Notes under the pieces: model-generated
Database searches by the model: none
What the model saw: only the letters and a program-made list of their open reading frames with translations
Told to the model about the DNA's origin: nothing
Part shown: positions 18,700 to 27,294 of the stretch, piece by piece
Numbering within the stretch: the stretch's first letter is position 1
How the letters are laid out: the number at the start of each line of letters is the position of its first letter
Made by a program: the position numbers and the translations under genes
Assembly (NCBI GenBank): GCA_048886185.1
Contig: JBHLKY010000012.1
Location: forward strand, 67,981 to 99,980
DNA from: Candidatus Hermodarchaeota archaeon
Lineage (GTDB): Archaea > Asgardarchaeota > Heimdallarchaeia > Hodarchaeales > Hodarchaeaceae
DNA length: 32,000 nt
Direction of reading: 5' to 3'

Positions 18700-19443
18700 A
18701 TGGTGGGGTCAATTTTTAGCAAAAGGATGAAAAAAAAACTTCTAGGTTTCTTGATAGTTATCCTCCTTTTTTTATCCATTTTTCATTTTATGTCAATCTT
18801 CAACGTTTTCCATTCAACTAGAGGTAATGAAGTTCTTACTCTTTCTGTGAACCCACCGAATCGCATCGAATCAGTAAGAAATTTTATTACCCAAAGTACC
18901 GATGGAATTAATCAAATTAAGAACATCATTAAATTAGAAACAGTATTAAAGTTCAAATTATTCTTTTTCGGAAAAATAGGAATAAATAATTTTCAAGATG
19001 AAAACCATAAAAGAGAAAACTCAGCTAATAGATCAATTATTGAGAGAGTAATAGAACAAAATCCTGGAATCACCCTACGGAAAATTCAAAGGGTGACGGG
19101 GCTTGCTTTAGGAGTCATTCAATATCATATAAATCAACTTGAATCCTCTGACATTGAAAGTTTAAGATTAGGCAGGTGTAAACATTTTTTCTTGAGTCAT
19201 TTTCATTTTTCATTCCAAGAAAAAATGTTATTAGCAGTCACACAGAATAAGAATATCAGAAAAATATTGCAATTCTTGATATCAAACAAGAATACTGGCT
19301 TCCAGAAAGACATCGTGTTTTTTACAGGAATCAGCAAAGTGATGGTCTCTTACTATGTCAAACAACTTGAACATCTTGGGATAATCAAGCGTCAACATCA
19401 TCAAATACAAATCACTAAGGATTACATTTTTGATATAAATTAG
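18700..19443 (+). CDS. Double winged-helix-turn-helix transcriptional regulator (COG3398-like) with an N-terminal hydrophobic segment
   Basis: HTH1 RSIIERVIEQNPGITLRKIQRVTGLALGVIQYHINQLE; HTH2 IRKILQFLISN...QKDIVFFTGISKVMVSYYVKQLEHLGII; N-terminal LLGFLIVILLFLSIFHFMSIF. Confidence 0.85.
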   Translation: MVGSIFSKRMKKKLLGFLIVILLFLSIFHFMSIFNVFHSTRGNEVLTLSVNPPNRIESVRNFITQSTDGINQIKNIIKLETVLKFKLFFFGKIGINNFQDENHKRENSANRSIIERVIEQNPGITLRKIQRVTGLALGVIQYHINQLESSDIESLRLGRCKHFFLSHFHFSFQEKMLLAVTQNKNIRKILQFLISNKNTGFQKDIVFFTGISKVMVSYYVKQLEHLGIIKRQHHQIQITKDYIFDIN

Positions 19444-19539
19444 ATCTCAACTTAATTCCTTCATTTTCATCATATTTATCAAAGTATACAGAATTTAAGG
19501 GAAATGTCTCGAAAGAAGTTTAAAACATAGGTAATCCTA

Positions 19540-19917
19540 ATGACTTGCCCAGATTCTTTAAAAGAATTACAATCAATGGTTGCTGATTTTGTTACTCATC
19601 GAGATTGGAATAAATACCACACAGCCAAAAATTTATCAATGTCAATTTCGATTGAAGCAGCTGAACTAATGGAATTATTTCAATGGTTATCTAATGAAGA
19701 AGTATCAGAAAAAATACGAATAGATCCCAATCTTAAGGCAAATTTAGAAGATGAACTTGCAGATATCTTAATATATTGCTTGAGTTTAGCCTATCATATG
19801 AAAATCGACCTTAATGATGTCATACGAAAAAAATTAATTCGGAATGAGGAACGTTTCCCAGTTGAAGTTGTTTCTGGCCGATTAGGACCATACTCCGTCC
19901 ATCCTTCAAAGAAATAA
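19540..19917 (+). CDS. MazG-like nucleotide pyrophosphohydrolase (dCTP pyrophosphatase family)
   Basis: RDWNKYHTAKNLSMSISIEAAELMELFQW...LEDELADILIYCL. Confidence 0.93.
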   Translation: MTCPDSLKELQSMVADFVTHRDWNKYHTAKNLSMSISIEAAELMELFQWLSNEEVSEKIRIDPNLKANLEDELADILIYCLSLAYHMKIDLNDVIRKKLIRNEERFPVEVVSGRLGPYSVHPSKK

Positions 19918-19954
19918 TGAGTTTTGATCTTTTAAAACCTCCCTCAAAATTAGC

Positions 19955-21028
19955 TTATAGGTCTTTTTTGTTAAAGAAAGGGGCAGTTTTTCGAAGATCA
20001 TATTCTTTGGAAGTAAAAGCTTGCTCTTGAATCCATTTGAATATCTGTATCAACGTGGTTTGTAGTGATGTTCCCCGACCACCCGCTGCTCTAGGATGTC
20101 CTCCCCCAGAGAATTTCTTCGCCAGATGATCTACGCGGCATCGTTCTAGTTCAGATTCTGGTACATTAGGATTAACTCTTAGTGAAATTCCAGTAAATTT
20201 TTTACCTGGAAAAATGAAGCAGGATATTTTAACTCCTTTCTCGAAAAGTTTATGCACTAGAGCTGATGTCATTATCCTCTCTTTCCCTTGGATAATAATG
20301 ATTACCTCTGCTAAGTCAAATCGATCTCCTATCTCCCGACTTTTCTTCCTTAGTGTTCGTAAGTTAAAGATTTTTTGTTGATAAACCATATTATTGAAAA
20401 TGTCTAAGCCCTGCTGGGAAATATCTTGAACGAGAGTAAAAACTGCTTGTACTGATTCAGGAGTTCGACAAATGTCGTCTAATAACCATGCTTGTTCTTG
20501 ACGTGTTGCTTCAAGGAAGTTTGGTGTGTATTTTTCTGGTGGAGGAATTGTGAATCCAGCTGTATCAGTTATGGTTGTCAGGTCTGCAAGAATCTTTAAA
20601 CTCTCAGGTAAACGATCTTTAAAATACTCACACAGCAGATAAGCCGCACTAGGAGCCTTTTCATCAAAAAGAACTACCTCTGCATTTTTAGTTCGTGACT
20701 TATTCGAGAAATGGTGATCTATATAGAGAGCTATATTAGATTCATTAAATGGTGGAAGATCAACTATGGCAATCCAGTTTAAAGAAGCAAGAAATTGATT
20801 GAATTTATAATGGTGAATAACCTGATATCTTAGTGGAATAAAAACTGCGGTTTTAAATTCTTTCAATGCCTTTAAGATTGAGGCAGAAATAACTCCATCC
20901 GCATCTGCAGCATGAAATGCAACCTTGGGGGCTGGTATGAGAGAAAGAGAGTGAATGAATCGAAGATCTCTTTTCATTTCCTCAGAAAAATCAGTGAGAA
21001 TACTTTCTAGGTCGACCAAAGCAGTCAT
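19955..21028 (-). CDS. DHH/DHHA1 family phosphoesterase (NrnA-like)
   Basis: HAADADG, IVDLP, IDHH, TDTAG, GGGHPRAAGG motifs all present. ATG at 21028 or GTG at 21037. Confidence 0.88.
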   Translation of the reverse strand: MTALVDLESILTDFSEEMKRDLRFIHSLSLIPAPKVAFHAADADGVISASILKALKEFKTAVFIPLRYQVIHHYKFNQFLASLNWIAIVDLPPFNESNIALYIDHHFSNKSRTKNAEVVLFDEKAPSAAYLLCEYFKDRLPESLKILADLTTITDTAGFTIPPPEKYTPNFLEATRQEQAWLLDDICRTPESVQAVFTLVQDISQQGLDIFNNMVYQQKIFNLRTLRKKSREIGDRFDLAEVIIIIQGKERIMTSALVHKLFEKGVKISCFIFPGKKFTGISLRVNPNVPESELERCRVDHLAKKFSGGGHPRAAGGRGTSLQTTLIQIFKWIQEQAFTSKEYDLRKTAPFFNKKDL

Positions 21029-21109
21029 GATGTTCACATGCTTTACTCTGCTATAAAACTTAGTATTCGTGGAAGATGATTCTAATAACTCTGTTAAGCT
21101 CTTGTTTAA

Positions 21110-21757
21110 TTAAAGAATAATTACTTGACTAAGAGGGATATTTCTTTCCTCAAGATAATTTATAGCTAATAATGTAGTTCCTAAACTTTCTTTATGATGA
21201 GCGTCGGAACCAATAGAATACCAGAATCCATCATCTAGATAATTGAACCAATGATCCATATAATTGCCATATCCAGTGTTCATTTCAACAATAATTTCGT
21301 ATTCACGAATTTTTTCAAGTACATAATTTATTTTTGCCTCTGATACACGTGTAAACCGTGTATGAGCTAAACCAACTTTGGAGTGAGGATTTTTTTTCTT
21401 GAAATTAAGCAATTGCTGAAATTTTTTTTCCCATCCAGATTGGGCAAATACATATTCAAATAGAATTAAATCCCACTGGATTTCTTGGAGGGAATCTAAA
21501 GCCTCAATCGAAGAGAAATCTACCTCTATTCCGATGAATACTTTCACTCCTAATGACTCGTTCTTCCTGAGATTATCAATTGTTACATAATACTCTTCAA
21601 AATCTGCAGAAGAAAGAGCTGGTTTCCAATTAGAGTAATGATCTGTAATACATACTTCTCGAACTCCTTTTTCTGCAGCTGCTAGAATCATTTCTCGAGG
21701 ACGTAAAAATCCATCCGAAAATGATGTATGAATGTGATAATCAATGATTCTAGCCAT
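21110..21757 (-). CDS. PHP domain phosphoesterase
   Basis: DYHIHTSFSDG, ITDH, GIEVD, LAH and GSDAH metal-binding motifs. Confidence 0.92.
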   Translation of the reverse strand: MARIIDYHIHTSFSDGFLRPREMILAAAEKGVREVCITDHYSNWKPALSSADFEEYYVTIDNLRKNESLGVKVFIGIEVDFSSIEALDSLQEIQWDLILFEYVFAQSGWEKKFQQLLNFKKKNPHSKVGLAHTRFTRVSEAKINYVLEKIREYEIIVEMNTGYGNYMDHWFNYLDDGFWYSIGSDAHHKESLGTTLLAINYLEERNIPLSQVIIL

Positions 21758-21811
21758 CAGATAAAACCTCTTTAATTTGTAGACTCAAAAAACTGTTGTT
21801 TCAGTTTTTAT

Positions 21812-21831
21812 ATTATGTTAGATAACATAAT
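21812..21831. promoter_or_regulatory. Palindromic candidate operator in the PHP/GGGPS divergent region
   Basis: ATTATGTTA-GA-TAACATAAT (perfect 9-bp arms), directly next to a second inverted repeat AAAAACTG-N6-CAGTTTTT (21788-21809). Confidence 0.4.
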
Positions 21832-22033
21832 CAAATTATTACTCTCACTATGCGTTGAAAAGATATTCCACGTATCTTAAATTAACATATTCGTCTCAAG
21901 GATATTCCTTTTCGCGTGGTGTAAAAGTATATTATCTTTCAGGGGTTATCACCAATTACGAATAGTTTTATCATAATGAGTATTTCCCCATCAAAAAACA
22001 TGAATAACGTTATCTACATTCGTTTTTAACACT

Positions 22034-22839
22034 ATGGTTCAATTAACTGGAGTTGTAAAACGATTACCAAACTAGCTATTCTAATTGATCCTAACAAAGG
22101 TGATGCTACAGAACGAATGTTTCAGGCACTAAAAGGGATATTAACTGAATGTGATGATCCAACAATACTTCCCTTGGAGATCTGGGTTGGTGATAGCTCT
22201 GAAATATATCGTGGAGTTCATCGTTACTTAAGGAGATTACATAACCTTGACATTAAATTACCTCCAGTAGTTATTTTCCCAGGTCATCCGTTGCAGATCT
22301 CCCCTTTAGCTGATTACATTCAAATGCCCACGCTCCTCAACACATACCACTTCAGGATTAAAGTAATACTTAAGCTAGGTAAGAAGTATCATTGGCTATC
22401 TAAATGGTGGAGGCGAATCATAGGAAAACATTGGCCAATTGATCGTAAGTATGGCTATATGGTTCTTAGTCCTCAATCATCAGTGGGTAAGAAACTCCGA
22501 GCCAAAGAATTAACAGATGAAGAAGCTTTCAAGGAAATTACAACAAAATGGAGAAAATATTGGTCGATGATTTACCTTGAAGCTGGTTCAGGACGATTTG
22601 ATGCCTCAATAGCGAATAGATTGGAACTGGTAAAGCAGGTAAAACAATATTGTTCACAAAAGAACGCCACTTTAATTACAGGTGGAGGAATTCGAACAAA
22701 AAAACAAGTAAAAGACTTGACAAATGCTGGATCAGATCTAATTGTCGTATCCTCTGTACTAGAAAAAGCTAAGGAGCCCAGAATATTAATGGAAGAATTC
22801 CTTGTGGCAGTTAGCAAAATTGAGGAAAAAATCTCCTAA
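22034..22839 (+). CDS. Geranylgeranylglyceryl-phosphate synthase (GGGPS/PcrB)-like protein, divergent, with an apparent 1-nt deletion near the 5' end
   Basis: VIFPGHPLQISPLADY, LLN, YLEAGSG, GGGIR and AGSDLIVV match the GGGPS family. The LAILIDPNK strand-1 motif lies in frame upstream of the track ATG (22117) but has no standard start of its own; the ATG at 22034 is in another frame and stops at TAG 22073-22075. Confidence 0.78.
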
Positions 22840-22856
22840 TTATACTTCATTAAAAG

Positions 22857-23036
22857 TTAAAGCTTTATGGATTTCAATTTTTTCTGAGTCTTCTTATCAA
22901 AGGGAGGTTTCATCTCTTTCATAATTCTGAGGTCAAACTTCGAATGAATACCCAATATAGGGAGAGGTCCATTATCTTTCTTTTTAAATCTCCTCTTTCT
23001 CTCTGATGGAAGTATTTTTTTTCTTTTATGCCTCAA
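22857..23036 (-). CDS. Small, very basic hypothetical protein (59 aa)
   Basis: TTG start with GAGGT ending 6 nt upstream; MRHKRKKILPSERKRRFKKKDNGPLPILGIHSKFDLRIMKEMKPPFDKKTQKKLKSIKL. It fills the gap after the small-subunit gene and is just below the track's apparent 60-aa cutoff. Confidence 0.5.
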   Translation of the reverse strand: MRHKRKKILPSERKRRFKKKDNGPLPILGIHSKFDLRIMKEMKPPFDKKTQKKLKSIKL

Positions 23037-23161
23037 ATTTATACCTCAATCTTTTATTTCTAGAATTCAACTATTCAGTAATGAAAGATAAATTCTCAAG
23101 CTATAAAATCCCAATTAGATATATGATACTTTCCATTTCGGAATTAGCTACCTCCTAATCG

Positions 23162-23695
23162 TTATTCAAACTTTTTTCCATATTCAAATAAAGTACCTGC
23201 ATGATAAATATCTAATTGAACTTGAGATAATGGGGAACCTGCTTTTAAGGGCTGATTCTTAGTAATATTAGCGATTTCTCCTGTTTCTAGATTAACTTTA
23301 ATCTTATCTCCATTTTCGATTTTATCACTCATTATGTTTGGAGCTATCATGAGAGGTAGGCCAGAGTTAATAGCATTTCGCTTATAAATAGCTCCAAAAG
23401 ACTCACCAATGATCATTTGAACGCCTAAGGCCTGAAAACAATCAACAGCTTGTTGTCTACTGCTTCCAGCTCCAAAATTCTTCCCAACAACAAGAATATC
23501 TCCATTTTGAGCTATTTCAGAAAATTTTTCCCATCCTCGGAGATTACCAAAGGCAAATTGTCCCATTTCATTAATGTTGGTAATATGTAGATGTTTATTA
23601 TGAAAAATCATGTCAGTATCTATGTCATCAATAGGATTGTTCTTTTCATCCTTAACCAATATGGCTTTCCCTTTAAGAATCGTTGATTTTTTCAT
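23162..23695 (-). CDS. leuD: LeuD/HacB-family dehydratase small subunit (copy 1; substrate uncertain)
   Basis: DDIDTDMIF, VVGKNFGAGSSRQQA, ESFGAIYKRNAINSGLP. The symbol is a family-level assignment only. Confidence 0.88.
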   Translation of the reverse strand: MKKSTILKGKAILVKDEKNNPIDDIDTDMIFHNKHLHITNINEMGQFAFGNLRGWEKFSEIAQNGDILVVGKNFGAGSSRQQAVDCFQALGVQMIIGESFGAIYKRNAINSGLPLMIAPNIMSDKIENGDKIKVNLETGEIANITKNQPLKAGSPLSQVQLDIYHAGTLFEYGKKFE

Positions 23696-23717
23696 TTTAA
23701 AACCTCTTTCTTCTTAT

Positions 23718-24974
23718 TTATATTTCAGGTACCGTTATTTCTCCCCAAAGGGCCGATGTGGCAGCAGTTGCCGGAGAAGCTAAGTATGTTTCACCTGATC
23801 CTTGTTTTCCAGCAAAGTTACGATTTCCAGTAGAGACTTGCACCTCACCCTCACCAGTCATTCCAATTTGACCTGCAGCGCATCCACCGCAACCTGGATT
23901 AGATATTATTGCACCAGCTTCATACAATATATTGATCAGACCATCATGTAATAATTGCCCATAAACCTCTCTGGTTGCGGGTACAATCTTCATCATGACG
24001 TCTGAATGGACTTTTTTGTTTTTAAGTATTTTAGCTACGATCGCTATATCTTCATATCGTCCATTGGTGCAACTCGCAACAACAACAGAATCAACTGATC
24101 GTCCAGCGACTTCAGAGACGGATTTAACATTCGCAGGAGACGGTGGTAAGGCAATAAGTGGTTCAAGCCCCGTAAAATCAAAATCTAATCTTTCAAAATA
24201 ATCAACATCCGAATCTGACTTATAAACGGGGAATTCTCTTCCACTACGTTTTTTGCAGTATTGTACTACTTGATCATTTGGAGGAATCATACCAATAATA
24301 CCCCCCATTTCAGTAACCATTGAAGCGAGAGTTATTCTTCCGGATAAATCAAGAGATTCAACTGTTTCACCATAAAATTCGATAGATTTTCCAAGAGCTC
24401 TTTTTGAACCAATTTGCTGAAGAACTCCTAAAGTAATATCTTTAGCGGAAGTGTTTTGCGCAGGTCTGCCTTGAATAGTAATAGCTATTGTTTCAGGCAC
24501 TTCAAACCATGTTTTACCTGTTTTAAATGCGAAAGCGATATCCTGATCACCCATACCTTGACCAAAAGAACCAATAGCGCCTAGTATATTCAAATGAGAA
24601 TCTGTACCCACAACCGTTGAACCAGGAACAGCTAATCCCTGTTCGATCATAACATGAGACCCAATTCCTGCATCAACATCGTATAGATTTTCCTTGGGAA
24701 GATGTTTACGTGCAAAAACTCGAGCAATGTGTTGATTCTCTGCATAACCAATTGTTTTAGCAGGCACAACACAGTCAAATGTAAAAAAAGTCTTTTTAGG
24801 ATCTGCTATTTGTGACTCATTTGGATAATACTTTTGTAAATTCTTAACTACATTAGCACCACCAAAATCTCGGGCAGAACGAACGTCAATTTCCATCCAG
24901 ACGATATTATTAGGTGCCACATCCTCGGTTGTGTGATTTGCAATAATTTTTTCAATGATTGTCTTTCCCTGCAT
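23718..24974 (-). CDS. leuC: LeuC/HacA-family dehydratase large subunit (copy 1; substrate uncertain)
   Basis: GTDSH, ASCTNGR, PGCGGC (three cluster Cys) and STGNRNFAGKQG. The DH motif is replaced by DC. The symbol is a family-level assignment only. Confidence 0.88.
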   Translation of the reverse strand: MQGKTIIEKIIANHTTEDVAPNNIVWMEIDVRSARDFGGANVVKNLQKYYPNESQIADPKKTFFTFDCVVPAKTIGYAENQHIARVFARKHLPKENLYDVDAGIGSHVMIEQGLAVPGSTVVGTDSHLNILGAIGSFGQGMGDQDIAFAFKTGKTWFEVPETIAITIQGRPAQNTSAKDITLGVLQQIGSKRALGKSIEFYGETVESLDLSGRITLASMVTEMGGIIGMIPPNDQVVQYCKKRSGREFPVYKSDSDVDYFERLDFDFTGLEPLIALPPSPANVKSVSEVAGRSVDSVVVASCTNGRYEDIAIVAKILKNKKVHSDVMMKIVPATREVYGQLLHDGLINILYEAGAIISNPGCGGCAAGQIGMTGEGEVQVSTGNRNFAGKQGSGETYLASPATAATSALWGEITVPEI

Positions 24975-25183
24975 TCAAGCAACCTCTTTCATGTTAATGA
25001 GCTTTAATTTTTTTATCAATAAAACCAATATGATCATTTTGTACTTTATGAGAAAAACATCTGAAATTACATACCGATAACAATATGATTATAAAGGATG
25101 AGACATAACTACATTCATGAATTAACTAAAAGAATTGAAGAGTATATTTGGATTTGAAGGATTTCTCCTAGGATGCGAGAACA

Positions 25184-25396
25184 TTGACCTTAGATATCAG
25201 AGAAGATGTCGATCAGCTTCACAAAGCCGAATTAGAACTAACATGCCCATGGTGTCATACTCATACCATTCAAACTACTGTAAATCATAATACACTTCGT
25301 TTAAGGTGTCGTGAATGTAATATGAACGCATTTGTAACTCGTATCCCCTCGAATAAGAAAATTAACGATTATATCTCACGAAGGTCAATTTCGTGA
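25184..25396 (+). CDS. Small zinc-ribbon protein
   Basis: CPWC-x17-CREC in a 70-aa ORF with a TTG start, upstream of and co-oriented with the second large subunit. Confidence 0.65.
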   Translation: MTLDIREDVDQLHKAELELTCPWCHTHTIQTTVNHNTLRLRCRECNMNAFVTRIPSNKKINDYISRRSIS

Positions 25397-25475
25397 ACAA
25401 AATCAATCTCTTCTGATTCTCACAAAAGAATTTAACTGCTGTCACTATCTCACCTGGATCAAGAGGAATTAGGTA

Positions 25476-26738
25476 ATGACTGGGCAAACATTGATCCAGA
25501 AAATCCTTGCAGTAGCAGGAAGAAGGAAGGAAGAGGGTGTGGCAGAGAATGAGATTGTTTTTGTTTCTCCCCATATGGTTCTTAGCCACGATAATTCTGC
25601 CGCTATTTCAAAAACTTTTTACCAAATAACAGGACCAGATGGAAAGGTTTGGGATCCAGAAAGAATTTTCATTGATCTAGATCATGCAGTCCCACCTCCC
25701 GATTATAAAAAAGCAGAGAATCACAAAGTAATCAGAGAATTTGTAAAAAAACAGGGAATACGCCACTTTTATGATTGTGGTACAGGAATTTGCCATCAAG
25801 TCCTCCCAGAAGAGGGACTAGTCCCACCAAATGTTATAATTCTTGGTTCTGACTCTCATTCTACAACTCATGGGGCTTTTGGAGCTGCTGGTATTCCAAT
25901 AGGCCGTACAGAAACTGCCTCAGTTTGGGCAATAGGAGAAACATGGTTAAAAGTCCCTGAAACTATAAAAATTGTCTTTGACAACTATTTGCCGAGTGGA
26001 GTATATGCTAAAGATGTCATTTTAGATATAATCGGGAAAATTTCCGCCGATGGAGCAACCTACAAGTCAATAGAATTTTATGGAAAAGCAGTAAGTAAAA
26101 TGTCAATCAGTGATCGAATGACCATCAGTAATATGACAGCAGAGGCAGGTGCGAAAGCTGGAATCTTTCCAGTTGATAATGTGACTGAAAATTGGAATAA
26201 ACCCTTTAATTTTACATATGAAAAGATTGAAGCTGATCAAGACGCAGATTATGAGCAAGAAATCACCTTTGATCTAGCAAACCTTACACCAAGGGTAGCA
26301 AAGCCTCACAAAGTTGATAATGTTGTACCAATTGAAGATCTGCCAAAAACCACAATTGATGTAGCGCTCCTTGGGACCTGCACTAATGGAAGAATTGAAG
26401 ATCTTCGTATCGCTGCAAAAATACTAGAGGATAAAAAAATCAATCGCAATGTAAGACTACTTATTTATCCAGCTTCAAGAAACATCCTTAATTTAGCAAT
26501 AAAAGAGGGTATAATGGAAATTTTAATCGAAGCTGAAGGGCAAATCGGTGTACCAGCATGTGGCCCTTGTTTAGGGGAATATGGAGGTACCTTGGCTCCT
26601 GGGGAAACAGCCATATCTACAGCAAATAGAAACTTTCGAGGAAGAATGGGTACCAGAGATGCCGAGATTTATTTAGCTAACCCTGAAGTTGTTGCCAAAT
26701 CGGCAATTGCAGGGTATATTACAAATGAAGAGGTCTGA
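25476..26738 (+). CDS. hacA: LeuC/HacA-family large subunit (copy 2), homoaconitase-like
   Basis: LSHDNS, DLDHAVP, GSDSHSTTHGA, GIPIGRTE, GTCTNGR, ACGPC, STANRNFRGRMG. The SHDN and PIxRT features recall Lys4-type homoaconitases, so the symbol is tentative. Confidence 0.85.
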   Translation: MTGQTLIQKILAVAGRRKEEGVAENEIVFVSPHMVLSHDNSAAISKTFYQITGPDGKVWDPERIFIDLDHAVPPPDYKKAENHKVIREFVKKQGIRHFYDCGTGICHQVLPEEGLVPPNVIILGSDSHSTTHGAFGAAGIPIGRTETASVWAIGETWLKVPETIKIVFDNYLPSGVYAKDVILDIIGKISADGATYKSIEFYGKAVSKMSISDRMTISNMTAEAGAKAGIFPVDNVTENWNKPFNFTYEKIEADQDADYEQEITFDLANLTPRVAKPHKVDNVVPIEDLPKTTIDVALLGTCTNGRIEDLRIAAKILEDKKINRNVRLLIYPASRNILNLAIKEGIMEILIEAEGQIGVPACGPCLGEYGGTLAPGETAISTANRNFRGRMGTRDAEIYLANPEVVAKSAIAGYITNEEV

Positions 26739-26742
26739 AGAC

Positions 26743-27264
26743 ATGAAATTTGTTGGAAAAATATGGATTTTCCCCGATGATGACATTAATACTGATGTTA
26801 TTTTTCCTGGGAAATATACTTATGAGCCTTTAACTCCAAAGCAGATGGCAGAACATGCTATGGAGGATTATGACCCCAACTTTGTAAAACAGGTGAAAGA
26901 AGACGATATTATCGTCGCAGGAAAGAATTTTGGGTGTGGAAGTAGTCGTGAACAAGCTGTAATCTGTCTTGCTAAAGCAGGAGTAAGCTGTATCATTGCG
27001 AAGTCATTTGCTCGAATTTATTATAGGAACGCTATTAATCAAGCGCTACCACTTGTCATCTCAGCCAATTGCTCTGATTTTGTTATTGACAATAAAAATA
27101 ATCTCAAAGATGAGAAAATATCTGTAGATTTTGATATAGGTATTATTAAAGTGCAAGACAAGGAATTTCAATTCCCCAAACTTGATAATCAAGCATTAGC
27201 GATATTTAAAGCAGGTGGATTAGTCGAATATACCCGAAAGCGATTAAAAGAAGGAGTAAAATAA
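26743..27264 (+). CDS. hacB: LeuD/HacB-family small subunit (copy 2), homoaconitase-like
   Basis: DDINTDVIFPGKYTY, AGKNFGCGSSREQA, KSFARIYYRNAINQALP. ATG at 26743 follows GAGGT; the symbol is tentative. Confidence 0.85.
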   Translation: MKFVGKIWIFPDDDINTDVIFPGKYTYEPLTPKQMAEHAMEDYDPNFVKQVKEDDIIVAGKNFGCGSSREQAVICLAKAGVSCIIAKSFARIYYRNAINQALPLVISANCSDFVIDNKNNLKDEKISVDFDIGIIKVQDKEFQFPKLDNQALAIFKAGGLVEYTRKRLKEGVK

Positions 27265-27294
27265 AAAAGAAGGGAGTAAGGTCAAAGGAATTTC

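Noticed and set aside
23098-23136. Micro-ORF MESIISNWDFIA after GGAGGT on the minus strand
   Set aside because: Only 12 codons, with over-long RBS spacing; cannot be supported.
25184-25396. LysW carrier protein next to a homoaconitase
   Set aside because: It lacks the C-terminal EDWGE motif and the acidic composition of LysW.
25362-25589. Track ORF on the minus strand, plus the other short antisense ORFs inside the transporter, secY, DUF362 and AOR genes
   Set aside because: They overlap well-supported genes on the opposite strand or in another frame and show no family motifs.
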